64,000 nt of DNA, from the IMG/VR virus record IMGVR_UViG_3300035686_000079. The stretch is one strand, 5' to 3'. Below, one piece after another: positions 38,676 through 48,799 of this stretch. This stretch comes from an uncultured virus (IMG/VR IMGVR_UViG_3300035686_000079). Lineage: Duplodnaviria > Heunggongvirae > Uroviricota > Caudoviricetes. The translations under genes and the position numbers were made by a program. The notes below the pieces were generated by a model. It was given only the letters and a program-made list of their open reading frames with translations. It was not told where the DNA came from and made no database searches. The stretch's first letter is position 1. The number at the start of each line of letters is the position of its first letter.

Positions 38676-39215
38676 TTATTCGACTGAACGGTGTTCTTCG
38701 TCGTCGGTAGGCTCTGAACCGATCGAGTAATAAAATTTCTTGAACTGAAACGCTTCAGCTAGACGTTCGAGCGATTCGGCGCTGACTTTAAAAAACGTGT
38801 CGGTTGATAGAGGCGTTTTTAGATCGACTGGAGCCAATACCAAGAGCGCGGACTTGATTACCTCGTCCTGGATGTCGTTCACGGCAAAGCGTCGTTCTTT
38901 CTGTTTGTCCAGGTCGATCGCTACGAGCAACCACTGATGCTCTGGGTGCCACTCTGTTGAAGTAAATTCCAGTTGAATAGGCTTAACTCGGCGTTTTCGC
39001 GTCTCTCCTTTCCAGTTTTTATATGAAAACTCCAAGCCTTCTTGCCTCGCTTGTTCTGCAACCGGGTGTTCCGTGACTTCCTCGATCGTGTTGAGTAGTC
39101 CGCAGTGAGGGCAATTGACTAGTTTGCCAAGCTGGGGGATTATGTCGGCTATCGTCCACCATCGATCGCAGTTATCGCACTTGTAGTGATACAACTTTTC
39201 CAGACTAATTTTCAC
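38676..39215 (-). CDS. zinc-ribbon plus WYL-domain protein
   Basis: CDNC..CPHC; FSYKNWKGETRKRRVKP..WHPEHQWLLVAIDLDKQKERRFAVNDI. Confidence 0.8.
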   Translation of the reverse strand: MKISLEKLYHYKCDNCDRWWTIADIIPQLGKLVNCPHCGLLNTIEEVTEHPVAEQARQEGLEFSYKNWKGETRKRRVKPIQLEFTSTEWHPEHQWLLVAIDLDKQKERRFAVNDIQDEVIKSALLVLAPVDLKTPLSTDTFFKVSAESLERLAEAFQFKKFYYSIGSEPTDDEEHRSVE

Positions 39216-39216
39216 G

Positions 39217-39741
39217 CTAAATTACCTCGTCTGCTAAACCGCATATCTTCGCTTCCTCTGCGTCCATAAACCAATCCTTCTCAATGTCTTTGGCTGCAAT
39301 GGAGTCTTTAAATCGCGAATTCAAGATTATAACGATCGATTCCATTAGGACTCTTAGGTGTTCTTGGTATCGAAAGGTATTGGAGTAGGGACAATCGTAT
39401 TCTGTTTGCAGTTCGTGGACGAGCAAAAACGAGTTTTGCGTGATGAGAACGCGCTCGGCTGCACACAGCAACAGTACTGCCGAACTGGCAACCCACCCTT
39501 CTGCGATAACTGTAATTGGCAGGGGCGATCGTTTGATGGCGTCATGAATCCGTAAGGCGGCATGAACCGAGCCACCATTGGACTGCAATCGTAACTCAGT
39601 GTACTTGTCGTCCTGGGTGGCTTTTTCCTGCTCAACCTGATGAATTAGTTTCACCAGTAAATGTGCGGATTCATCGTTGATATCCCCAGTGAACCAGAGG
39701 GTACCATGAGAATATTCAGCTGTATAAGTATCTTCGCTCAT
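39217..39741 (-). CDS. clpP: ClpP-like protease
   Basis: FTGDIND, SNGGSVHAA, GWVASSA (Ser), LVHE (His), DWFMDAEEA..GLADEVI. Confidence 0.88.
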   Translation of the reverse strand: MSEDTYTAEYSHGTLWFTGDINDESAHLLVKLIHQVEQEKATQDDKYTELRLQSNGGSVHAALRIHDAIKRSPLPITVIAEGWVASSAVLLLCAAERVLITQNSFLLVHELQTEYDCPYSNTFRYQEHLRVLMESIVIILNSRFKDSIAAKDIEKDWFMDAEEAKICGLADEVI

Positions 39742-40270
39742 GAAGCCACAAATTAAAGTTGTCAAAAATAATCTTCCCGGAGCGCGTAACAGGCTTACGC
39801 AAATCCAACGGGATATTACTACTGTAGGGCAACCGTGGGCAAGGGAATCATCCGAAGAAATGGGCCGACAGTTTGCCGAGAATTTGGCAACCCAAGGTAG
39901 GGGCGGTACAGGTCCGGAGCTATCTCCTGTCACGCTGCATCTGTACGATTTATTGGGTGATCCGGACGGTAGCGGGATTCGAGACCACGTAGTACTCAAG
40001 CATGACGTATTTCCAGATGGCAGTGCCCAGAGCCGATTTGGGGTCAGAAAAGGTCGCCCAACAATGATTACTCGCGTTCAAGACCAGGGTGTTGCGATCG
40101 CGGTGACACCACGGATGCGAGCCTGGAGAGCAGCTCACGGTGTACCCCTTAAGGCAAATACTCGCTATATAATTATTCCACCACGATATTCGTGGTCGCA
40201 CGCGGTACGCGATACCAATAAGATCGCTAAATTAAAACTAAAGCGAAAAATCAAGCAAATTCATGGGTAA
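39740..40270 (+). CDS. phage virion morphogenesis / tail-completion-like protein
   Basis: RVQDQGVAIAVTPRMRAW..YIIIPPR; basic, typical pattern. Confidence 0.6.
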   Translation: MKPQIKVVKNNLPGARNRLTQIQRDITTVGQPWARESSEEMGRQFAENLATQGRGGTGPELSPVTLHLYDLLGDPDGSGIRDHVVLKHDVFPDGSAQSRFGVRKGRPTMITRVQDQGVAIAVTPRMRAWRAAHGVPLKANTRYIIIPPRYSWSHAVRDTNKIAKLKLKRKIKQIHG

Positions 40271-40772
40271 AATCTTCTCTCAACGAGTTTCAATTATTTT
40301 TGGCATTGTAGCGGCAACCGTGTTGTCGATCGACTCTTGGGGGTGCTGGCGTCGCACTGGCTTGACGTTGTTAACTGTCTCCAACGCATCGCTAGCTTTG
40401 GTGTTCTGGGGATTTATTCGATCGGCTTGTCGGCAGATGTCAGAAATTAAAAAGTTTAACCTCTTAGAAGAAGAGGTGGCGCGAAAATACAAATTGCTGA
40501 AGTACGAGACTAAAGATATAAACCCCGGTTTTGCCCCTTACACGTTTGACGACTTAGAGAATTTTGCAACTAATGCAATCTCCAAAACTCAATTACTAGA
40601 AATAATTTTAAACAACATAGACGAGAAGACTCACATCAGTAAGTTACCGTGCCACGATTGCAAAAATTACACTCCTCAAGAAATGATCCGATGCACGGTC
40701 AAGCCCAATGGTAGTGCTATCAATTGCAAGCGACACGAACCGATATCCGAAGAGTTGCAGACGATAGCCTAA
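40263..40772 (+). CDS. membrane protein with C-terminal Cys-rich (DUF6464-like) domain
   Basis: Two TM segments; CHDCKNY..RCTVKPNG..NCKRHE. Confidence 0.55.
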   Translation: MGKIFSQRVSIIFGIVAATVLSIDSWGCWRRTGLTLLTVSNASLALVFWGFIRSACRQMSEIKKFNLLEEEVARKYKLLKYETKDINPGFAPYTFDDLENFATNAISKTQLLEIILNNIDEKTHISKLPCHDCKNYTPQEMIRCTVKPNGSAINCKRHEPISEELQTIA

Positions 40773-42577
40773 TGGTCAATTCAGCCAACAATCCAACAAA
40801 ATCAGTTCAGAACCTCCCGCAGGATACCCTGAATCAGGCAAGCTTTATTTTGTCGCCACTGGACAAAGTCAAGGCGAATCCAAACACCAAGCCTGACTCT
40901 ACCGATGGAGCGCGAACATCTGCTTTATATGCCAAGTCAACACTAGAGCGATCGCATCGCGATCCTAAATTCACTCCGGCATACGAGCCGATCCGAATCA
41001 TGTTCCTGACGGGTGCCTATGCCAAGCAGTTTCTGGATTTAGGTACCAACACAATGACACTGAGCGAGAGTCAATCAGCTCAGTGGGAAACAACGAAGGG
41101 AAGCTCTGTACGAACCTCAAGCTCCTTTAAAAACATCGAGCCACGTCGATTCAACTTGGATTTGGACTATTGGGACAACAATAAGGATATTCGGCAACTG
41201 GTGGAGAACTGCGCCCACCTGCAAGAGATTACAGATTTTTCCCATAGCCCCCCAGACTTACAAATTATCAACGGCACGGCTACGATCGATCCGGTAGTCT
41301 GTACCAGTTTTGAACCAACCTATGATACCCCCTTGCCAGGGAATAGAGGCTGGCATCACGGGACGGTAAAACTCACTTTTGAACTGCGTTCTGAGAAAAG
41401 CGGCAGGCACGAACTCGCTCCTCCATTAGGCCCGACGCCATTGGGCGATTACAAGAAAAAAACAAATGCCGCCGATCGAGCAAAGATGGCAGCATTTGCT
41501 CAAGTTGAGGCATTGCTGGAGCCTTGCTTGGGGAAAGAGGCGGTTCAGAAGCTAGAGACGATGATGCGCCTCAATCAGCTAAACAACCCAGATAATTTAC
41601 TCAAGCTCGACTCGGAGACGTTCCTTCAACTGGCGGCGGCGGGGTTTCCGAACAACATCATGTCAGACCCCAGAATTCAGCAAAAAATCAAAACCGATAC
41701 GGCGGTTGTGATGGCGAAGCGGGAAAATGGCATGAATCCGATTTATATGCGCGATGTTGCACAGGCTTTGCTTTTGGGTGATACGAAGAGAGTGCCGGAA
41801 GTTTACCTGCAATCCACTAATGTGGTGGCAGAAAAAGTTACCACAGACAAAGATGGTAATTTCGTCTCCAGTACGAATTCAACGACCAGCAAGTCGTTAT
41901 TCGAGATGATGAAAAATGACTATGACGTAATCGTTAATTCTATTTTAAATGGGAAACTTAGTTCCTCTGATGACGTTTTCAATAGAGATAAAAACCCTAC
42001 AGCTGGGCAACGTATACAGGGAATGGTTTCTTGTGGTTTGGGAATGCGAAATCAAGGCGCTCCCTTGTTTGCTGGGCAGACCAACACCGACGCAGCGCAA
42101 ATTAATGGTATCAACCAGCTGCTGAGCAACCCCAAAACTACAGATGCCGAACTCAAGCGAATCCTAGGATTACCTGCCAGTACTCCTGAAACGGTTCTGC
42201 GCAAGTTACGCAGTGGGGTGCCTTACGACAACAAAGAGGATTTTCTTAAGAGTGCAACAACTAACCGCCAAGGGTTTAGCGCCTACAACATGCTTTCTAG
42301 CTTCAGTAGTGCTGAAGCTGCTACGTTAGGCAAAATGAATGAATTTTTACAGCAGAAAGATTTGACCGATGACCAAATTAAAGAGGCTTTCGGCTTGACC
42401 TCCCCGCAGGATATTAAAAAGATTCGTGACGCCAAAGCTTTTAAGGATAAAGACCAATTCTTAGCTGCTTTTGGCAGTGCTGGCACCAATAATCTGACGG
42501 GTCCAGGTAGTCAAATTTGGGTAAAATTTCAGCTAAATGAATCCAAATTAAAGGACAAAGGCGATGCCCCTCACTAA
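40772..42577 (+). CDS. tail tube-initiator / CIS-tube-like baseplate protein with long C-terminal region
   Basis: PRRFNLDLDY..SPPDL..PVVCTSFEPTY..PG..GTVKLTFEL. Confidence 0.5.
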   Translation: MVNSANNPTKSVQNLPQDTLNQASFILSPLDKVKANPNTKPDSTDGARTSALYAKSTLERSHRDPKFTPAYEPIRIMFLTGAYAKQFLDLGTNTMTLSESQSAQWETTKGSSVRTSSSFKNIEPRRFNLDLDYWDNNKDIRQLVENCAHLQEITDFSHSPPDLQIINGTATIDPVVCTSFEPTYDTPLPGNRGWHHGTVKLTFELRSEKSGRHELAPPLGPTPLGDYKKKTNAADRAKMAAFAQVEALLEPCLGKEAVQKLETMMRLNQLNNPDNLLKLDSETFLQLAAAGFPNNIMSDPRIQQKIKTDTAVVMAKRENGMNPIYMRDVAQALLLGDTKRVPEVYLQSTNVVAEKVTTDKDGNFVSSTNSTTSKSLFEMMKNDYDVIVNSILNGKLSSSDDVFNRDKNPTAGQRIQGMVSCGLGMRNQGAPLFAGQTNTDAAQINGINQLLSNPKTTDAELKRILGLPASTPETVLRKLRSGVPYDNKEDFLKSATTNRQGFSAYNMLSSFSSAEAATLGKMNEFLQQKDLTDDQIKEAFGLTSPQDIKKIRDAKAFKDKDQFLAAFGSAGTNNLTGPGSQIWVKFQLNESKLKDKGDAPH

Positions 42578-43511
42578 AAGTTATTTGCAACCGGGCTTGA
42601 TTAAAGAGTTTTCATCTCAAGTTTCAGTTATAGACGATATTTTAAAGAACCTTCTTTTGCTTGAGTGGGTTGTAGAGCCGATCGTTCCAGAGGCTTTTGA
42701 GGCGTCGGCAAAAGCCGCTATGGCACTCAATTTCAGCTCCAAGCTCGGATTTAAGCAACTTGTTATTCGCACGGCCCTAGATATTCTGTCGTCAGGGACA
42801 GGAGCAATTAAAGTTTTACAAGCCAAAGACAAGCCAGATACAGATAGGCTATTTCATCTAGATAATACTTGTGTCGAGCGACTGGATTTCAACGAGGCTG
42901 AAAACTTCTACATTGAGTGGACTTCCAATGTCGCGGGGGATGTGTTCATGCCGGAAGAAATGATTTTTATTCCCTTGTATCCAGGTGTCCCTTTGAACTT
43001 ACAGTCCAGTCCACTGGGCTTATGCTTAATTGCGATCGCCCAAAATTTGTCTGTCAAATTTATCCGAGGTATTCCGTTGGATAGCCCAGCTTGGATGGAC
43101 AAAGGTCTTAAGAAAGAACGGCGAGACACTAATTATGAGCTATTTAGTTTTACTGAATTAGTCCAAGTTGTTTCTAAGGAGGTTTCGCTTAGGACAGACT
43201 GCATGGAGCCAGAGACTTTTAAGCAATGGATTATCCATCCGGGACGTAACCATTCCCTCGATCCGGTCTTGAAAGTAGACTACCAAGGTTGGCTGTGTCG
43301 GCAGGTAAAAACTTGCCTACATCACTTATTAGTAGACTTCTTCCCCCTTCCCGTCGATACAGAGCAGGCGTTAATCATCAAAGCGATTCTATGGAAAGAG
43401 AGTCTTGATGTGCAAGTGGCGGAAATAGCGACGTGTTTGGCGATCGCTATTCACCATCAATTAAATCAGTTTTTGTCAAGTTACAGCTGTCAATTTAGGA
43501 TTACAAATTAA
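42564..43511 (+). CDS. hypothetical protein
   Basis: ORF overlapping both neighbours in the operon. Confidence 0.6.
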   Translation: MPLTKSYLQPGLIKEFSSQVSVIDDILKNLLLLEWVVEPIVPEAFEASAKAAMALNFSSKLGFKQLVIRTALDILSSGTGAIKVLQAKDKPDTDRLFHLDNTCVERLDFNEAENFYIEWTSNVAGDVFMPEEMIFIPLYPGVPLNLQSSPLGLCLIAIAQNLSVKFIRGIPLDSPAWMDKGLKKERRDTNYELFSFTELVQVVSKEVSLRTDCMEPETFKQWIIHPGRNHSLDPVLKVDYQGWLCRQVKTCLHHLLVDFFPLPVDTEQALIIKAILWKESLDVQVAEIATCLAIAIHHQLNQFLSSYSCQFRITN

Positions 43512-45016
43512 TGCCGGATACTCCTACCCCTGCTCCTACTGCTGCTACTCCTTCTTCCGCTGCAAATGCTACAAGCCCAGCAACAGCAACTCAGGCACCA
43601 GCCTCTGGCGGAGGAATGCCGACGATGGAGCAATTAACAAAAATTTTTCCTGACGCTAGCAAAGAGGAGCTACAAAAAAATGTTCCCTTGCTTGCCAGGG
43701 AAATGGTAGCGGCTGGAATGATAAGTAAAAGTCAGTTAGTTGCGCTTTTTTGCAATGTGTACACAGAGACTCGTTCTTTTGGCTCCATTCCAGAAGTAGG
43801 TAAAGGAGGAGGCGAATATGGACCCTTCTACGGTAGGGGTTTCATACAGCTTACTCACAAGGAAAACTACCAAGCCATGAGTAAGGTTCTTGGGCAAGAC
43901 TTGTTCGGCAATCCAGAATTAGCCTTGCAGCCGGAATTGGCGGCTAAAATATCCGTCCTTTTTTGGACGGCTAAGGCAGCTAATACGATTGACATTCGCC
44001 CTCTGGCTGAAAAACAAGATTGGCCCAATTGTCGAAGCGTTATCAATGCTGGCTGCCTAGGGGGGCGCTGTTGGGGGATGGAAGTTTATACCCCCTGTGT
44101 AGAACGAGCGTTGGCTGTTCTCACATCCGGACTCGATCCCAATGCCGTGGGTAGTGCCATGCCTGCCGGGTATGGGATGGGGTGTGCCGATCCTGGTGGG
44201 CCGGTAACAACCATTAGTGGGCAAGGCAATCCTCAGAGCGGTCAGGATGCCGTTTTAAGGGCATTGGGATTGCATTTAGCTAATCTCAATCGAGCGATTA
44301 CCGCCGAAATGGATCTCGATCTGTACTCCCAACCTGAAATCCTAAAGTTTGAGGCGCAAAAGGCGTTTGATGCCAAGGGCTTCGGCGGTGGAGAGTTCGA
44401 CACCTCTTACACCATTGATACCGTGCATTTTATCGCCGATCACGTAGGTGGAGCGTTGGAAGCGCATGTAGTCGCTCACGCTGGAGAAGAACTGCCTCCC
44501 ATTAAGATATTCTCCAATAATGCCCCTAGTACGGCTACTGCTATGGCAGGAGCTGGTATTACACCTACTAGTGGTACGCCTACCACTGGAGGTGAGGCAG
44601 GGGATGGTACTATTTCCGGTAAGATCCTTGCCAATGGCATGAAGGCATTTCAGGCAGGTGCTTCTACGGCAGAAGGACCAGGCGGCGGAAACGTTGCTTG
44701 TGCGTGGGCTGTGAATAAATTTTGTATCGTTCCCTCAGGGTTGAAGCCCCTAGGTTCTAATCCCGACTACGTTCCGTCGCTGGAAGATGAATTAAAGGGA
44801 GGGCGTGGGAAGCTGGTTTCTAGGGCAGAAGCCATACCCGGCGACATTTGGATCGCGCCGGATCAAGGGCATGTTGGCATATGCGTAGACAAAGGCTGTG
44901 CCACGGTGCTTTCTAATTCTAGTTCAAAAGCATCATTCACCTGGAAAGATGCGATTGACTCCGTTAACTCGAACTACGGTGGCGGTGCAGAACGAATTTA
45001 TCGGATGCAAAATTGA
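43511..45016 (+). CDS. tail-associated lysin: GH19-like glycosidase plus CHAP/NlpC-like domain
   Basis: TET..FYGRGFIQLTHKENY..NPELAL; ACAWAVN..GDI..GHVGIC..SNSSS. Confidence 0.8.
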   Translation: MPDTPTPAPTAATPSSAANATSPATATQAPASGGGMPTMEQLTKIFPDASKEELQKNVPLLAREMVAAGMISKSQLVALFCNVYTETRSFGSIPEVGKGGGEYGPFYGRGFIQLTHKENYQAMSKVLGQDLFGNPELALQPELAAKISVLFWTAKAANTIDIRPLAEKQDWPNCRSVINAGCLGGRCWGMEVYTPCVERALAVLTSGLDPNAVGSAMPAGYGMGCADPGGPVTTISGQGNPQSGQDAVLRALGLHLANLNRAITAEMDLDLYSQPEILKFEAQKAFDAKGFGGGEFDTSYTIDTVHFIADHVGGALEAHVVAHAGEELPPIKIFSNNAPSTATAMAGAGITPTSGTPTTGGEAGDGTISGKILANGMKAFQAGASTAEGPGGGNVACAWAVNKFCIVPSGLKPLGSNPDYVPSLEDELKGGRGKLVSRAEAIPGDIWIAPDQGHVGICVDKGCATVLSNSSSKASFTWKDAIDSVNSNYGGGAERIYRMQN

Positions 45017-45504
45017 TGAATTTAGATCCCAAACAACAAGACGTTAAAAGTAAGGATGTTCCCGATGCATCTCAAGCAGCAAAACTGCTAGCTCCAGTTT
45101 TTCACAGTCGGGTCAAGCCAACGACTGACCCCAAAACGGGAGAACCAACATTACAGTTTGATGCCCAGCCTTTACCCAAGGGGGTGTCGTTCGACGTGCT
45201 GTATTTCTCCCGTTTTGGGCAATATACCCTCACCACTTGGCGCAGAGGAGGTGTTGGAGATTTTTATGTCGGACAAACTTTGTGGCGCGGGCAGGTTCCG
45301 ATCGCCTCAGGGGGAGGAGAAATCCCCTTGTACAAGCCTCCCGTTCCTACCCCAGGAACTCCACCGCCAGAAGACCAGTCGGTTTGGAAGATGGTTAATC
45401 CTCTGATTGGCAAGAATGGACTGTCAATGACTGATATACAAGGGTTACAAGACCCTAAGAACTTCACTTACTTATTTCCAGAACAGGAATTCCGTAGACT
45501 TTAG
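45013..45504 (+). CDS. hypothetical protein
   Basis: Overlaps the previous stop. Confidence 0.65.
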   Translation: MMNLDPKQQDVKSKDVPDASQAAKLLAPVFHSRVKPTTDPKTGEPTLQFDAQPLPKGVSFDVLYFSRFGQYTLTTWRRGGVGDFYVGQTLWRGQVPIASGGGEIPLYKPPVPTPGTPPPEDQSVWKMVNPLIGKNGLSMTDIQGLQDPKNFTYLFPEQEFRRL

Positions 45505-45510
45505 GTTTTT

Positions 45511-45532
45511 CACCGTTCGATCGAACGGTGTT
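45511..45532. repeat. 24-bp palindrome family, copy 8
   Basis: CACCGTTCGATCGAACGGTGTT, 6 bp after a stop. Confidence 0.93.
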
Positions 45533-45539
45533 TTTGGAT

Positions 45540-46724
45540 ATGTTAGAAGCGATCGCATTATCAACAAAGCAAGTACTCAACGCGACTGATTTTTTGTCAA
45601 GCCTGGAGGTAAAACGTACTGGCGGTAAATTTTATTGCCCTGGTTGCCAGAAAGAGGTTATACCTAGGAGTCGATACAGGTGGGCGAACCACTTCTACCA
45701 CAAACGAGGGAATAGTGGCTGCGCCGCACTCGAACCACGTAGAGAAACGGCAGAGCATAAAGCAGGAAAACAGACGATCGTACACTGGCTAAAAACAGTT
45801 TTTGAGCCACTCGAAGTTGAGATAGATACTGAAAAAGCCGTAAATTCTCGGCGTCCGGACGTTCTAGTTTCCTTCCAGGGAAATATACTATTAGCAGGCG
45901 AATGCCAGGTTTCTCCAATTTCGATTGAAAACTTAGAGTCTAGAACTAAAGACTTAAGCCGATCGGGGATTAATGTTCTGTGGTTTGTAGGAGCTAAGGT
46001 TAAAGCTCGTGTGGGGCACTACTTTGAGCGAATTCAAGGAAATTGGATTAATGTTGGCTCGCTGTATTGTTATCTACCAAAAATTATGCAATCAACATGC
46101 AGTAATGGTAACGGCGTGGTGTCTTCCTTATCTTTGTTTGGAGCCAGTCCCTTACGCCAAGCTATAGAAAAACTAGGAGAGGAAAACTTCCGCCAGATTG
46201 TGGCAGAGCAGTTTTGCAGGAATGTCGAAAGCATTAAACCTGAGGATTTGACACACGAAAAACTTGACTATCTCAGGAGCTTAATTGAGTCTATGATGGT
46301 ACTGGTTGCGCCCGTACAACCAGTGCTAGTGCAGGAATTATTAGTGGAACCGCCAGTTGCCGCAGCTGTTGAAGAGGAAATACTTGGCAAAGTTCCATAT
46401 ACTTATGACACTAAAAAGTTTGATCGATACATACTTGATTTCTTGCAAAGGGTACAAGCCGATCGGAAAAAAATTAAGGAGGTTCTTGGTGCGAGTTACC
46501 CCCTCACTGCAAACGATCGCCGACTTTATTGGTCAGAGCGCGACCAAGAGCTTAATCAAGGAAGCCCTAAGCCGTTGTGGCAAAGAGCGATCGATATACG
46601 AATCGATTCGTTGTTGAATGCTGGCTGGATTAAGCCAATTCAAGGGCACGAAAACCGTAGTAAGTGGCGCAAGTATGAGCTTACTACAGCTGGTGAAGCT
46701 GAGTTGCAAAGATTGCAAAGTTAA
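45540..46724 (+). CDS. CoiA-like PD-(D/E)XK nuclease fused to an Mrr_N-like wHTH
   Basis: FYCPGCQ..HFYH, ETAEHKAGK, RRPDVLV..ECQVSPIS..RT; C-terminal LTANDR..WQRAI..LLNAGWI..YELTTAG. Confidence 0.75.
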   Translation: MLEAIALSTKQVLNATDFLSSLEVKRTGGKFYCPGCQKEVIPRSRYRWANHFYHKRGNSGCAALEPRRETAEHKAGKQTIVHWLKTVFEPLEVEIDTEKAVNSRRPDVLVSFQGNILLAGECQVSPISIENLESRTKDLSRSGINVLWFVGAKVKARVGHYFERIQGNWINVGSLYCYLPKIMQSTCSNGNGVVSSLSLFGASPLRQAIEKLGEENFRQIVAEQFCRNVESIKPEDLTHEKLDYLRSLIESMMVLVAPVQPVLVQELLVEPPVAAAVEEEILGKVPYTYDTKKFDRYILDFLQRVQADRKKIKEVLGASYPLTANDRRLYWSERDQELNQGSPKPLWQRAIDIRIDSLLNAGWIKPIQGHENRSKWRKYELTTAGEAELQRLQS

Positions 46725-46743
46725 TTGATTAATGCGAATTTCT

Positions 46744-47004
46744 TTACTGTTGGCAAAATGCCTCCCCAGATTGAGGGAGGTATTTCGCTTTTCTGGCTCG
46801 ATGCCGACGCACTCTAGTAGCTCCATCAATCGTTTCTTCGCTCTTTGGGCGTCCTTTGGAGCGCAACTTTACTCCAGCTTTCATTAGTCTTATGCGAACA
46901 GTTTCAGGGCTTACTTTGATCGCCTGAGCTACCCTGACAACTGACCCCAACTCACTATAGAGACGCTTCATTTTCTCGATATCCAAAACTTTTTTGGCTG
47001 GCAT
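46744..47004 (-). CDS. HTH DNA-binding protein
   Basis: LYSELGSVVRVAQAIKVSPETVRIRLMKAGVKLR. Confidence 0.7.
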   Translation of the reverse strand: MPAKKVLDIEKMKRLYSELGSVVRVAQAIKVSPETVRIRLMKAGVKLRSKGRPKSEETIDGATRVRRHRARKAKYLPQSGEAFCQQ

Positions 47005-47058
47005 ATTGCTTTTCTAGTTTTTTTTGTTACAGTGATTGTAGTCGAGTTTTGAAAAAAA

Positions 47059-48732
47059 GTGAATACCTGGGCAGAAGCAAAGTTTGGTGGCGTTCAGCCG
47101 CCTACCAATGGAGTGAAGACCTCCAATGAAGAGACTTTTCCTCAAGCCGTCCCAAAAGAATGTAAGTACAATCACCTGTACCGTTCTTTTGACATATTTG
47201 TCATTGATTCCTTGTTCGGAGGCATCAGTTGTCACGCAGTTAACCGAGACCTCGATCTCCGTATTGAAGAGCATCATCCTCATAGCGAGATGTTCCACGG
47301 TGCGCCCGTGGCACGGTTTGCGATGCGAAGGAAGGTAGACGAGCTAATCGAATCTCGTGGACTTGATATTCCACCACATGTGGAGAAAATTCCCAAACAG
47401 GAAGAATCGGCAACGGAAATATCCAGAAGAATTCACCTAAAAGAACTAGAGAGACAAAGGATTAAGAGAATGAACAAGGTTTTTGCGTTTGACGCCTGCT
47501 CCGGTATTCAGGCGGGAGCAATATTCTTTACTGCAACAATCAAGCTTAATGATATTGCAGACATGTTTAATATCGATATTTCAAAACTTCAGCAGATCGA
47601 GCGCTATCAACGGATTCCTTCGGGAGCCAGAATTAATGGCTTAGTAAGTTACATGAAAATCAACCAGGAGACATACATCCTGCCTAGCCTGACTTGCTCG
47701 ATTGAGGGTGAGTATGAATTTGAGCAGTACGGGCCTCGGACTAAGGCAGGGGTTCTAACCCTGAAAGCTGAGACAGAACTCCACTTAATTGATGGGGGAC
47801 ATCGACGAGGCGCTATTGAGAAAGTCGTTAAAGAGTTGGCGAAACTTGGTGAGGAAGACATTGCTGTTAAGTTTGTGATCGACAGGGGATTGAGGCAAAG
47901 GCGGCAGTGGTTCAGCGATACCAATCGTTTTGCAAAGACTCCACCTAAATCCTTGTGTTTGGACTACGATCGCCGCGATAGAGAGGCGAACTTCCATAGG
48001 GATGTTATTGACGACATTCCTGCATTCGCGAAATACACCGAGCGGACAAAAGGTTCGGCTGGGGGCAAGAGCTCTCAGAATCTGTTCGTACTGACTTGGC
48101 TGCATAGCGCCAATCAGATTTTACGACCAAACCAAGATTATCAGACTGATTTTAACTACTGTACGGCGTTTTGGACTGCGCTGAGCGAGATTATTGATTG
48201 GCGTGATTACGACCCTGCATCCCCAAGCAGTCCCTCTCCAGAGAAGATGCGCGAGAAGTTGTGCTGCACGGCGATCGTCATCAAAGCGCTTGCCCAGATT
48301 GGGCAGGAGATGGCTTATCAATTTTCGGAGAAACTCGATAGTATCAAGGAGTTTCTGAAGCCGCTAGAGACGATCGACTGGTCTAAGTCCAATCCTGACT
48401 GGGAGGGCATTGCAATTGAAAAAGTTGGGGACAAATATAAGGTTTTGACAAAAAATATGCCTCAAATTGTGGCCTATTTAAAGTGGAAGCTAAATCAAGG
48501 AGGGTCAAAAGCCCCAATGTCTCAGCAAGAGTCTGAGTGGGTCGCTAAGCTTTCGGTTCCAGTAGCCGACGAACCAGAGCCTATTAAGAGCGAACCAGCT
48601 CCATCAGAGCCAGCTAAGTCCAAGAGAAATTCAAATTCATCTAATACTAACAAGCCCAAAACCAGTACTTCCAAAGCTCAGCCTTCAGCTACAGCCAAAA
48701 CCAACAAGAAAAGCACGGCAAATCGAAGCTAA
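47059..48732 (+). CDS. DndB-like (DGQHR-domain) protein
   Basis: GIQAG..RYQR..YILPSLTCSI..IDGGHRRGAI..QWFSDTNRFAK..DYDRRD; start may be later (MNKVFAF). Confidence 0.82.
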   Translation: MNTWAEAKFGGVQPPTNGVKTSNEETFPQAVPKECKYNHLYRSFDIFVIDSLFGGISCHAVNRDLDLRIEEHHPHSEMFHGAPVARFAMRRKVDELIESRGLDIPPHVEKIPKQEESATEISRRIHLKELERQRIKRMNKVFAFDACSGIQAGAIFFTATIKLNDIADMFNIDISKLQQIERYQRIPSGARINGLVSYMKINQETYILPSLTCSIEGEYEFEQYGPRTKAGVLTLKAETELHLIDGGHRRGAIEKVVKELAKLGEEDIAVKFVIDRGLRQRRQWFSDTNRFAKTPPKSLCLDYDRRDREANFHRDVIDDIPAFAKYTERTKGSAGGKSSQNLFVLTWLHSANQILRPNQDYQTDFNYCTAFWTALSEIIDWRDYDPASPSSPSPEKMREKLCCTAIVIKALAQIGQEMAYQFSEKLDSIKEFLKPLETIDWSKSNPDWEGIAIEKVGDKYKVLTKNMPQIVAYLKWKLNQGGSKAPMSQQESEWVAKLSVPVADEPEPIKSEPAPSEPAKSKRNSNSSNTNKPKTSTSKAQPSATAKTNKKSTANRS

Positions 48733-48734
48733 CT

Positions 48735-48780
48735 AGCGATGGCATTATCCACCTCTAAGTGGATAATGCCATCGCTTTTG
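48735..48780 (+). terminator. intrinsic terminator
   Basis: AGCGATGGCATTATCCAC..GTGGATAATGCCATCGCT TTT. Confidence 0.85.
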
Positions 48781-48799
48781 TCTATCGGAACAGAGAATT

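Noticed and set aside
39742..39999. N-terminal extension of the ClpP ORF
   Set aside because: It is antisense to the virion morphogenesis gene; ClpP similarity begins at MSEDT (39741).
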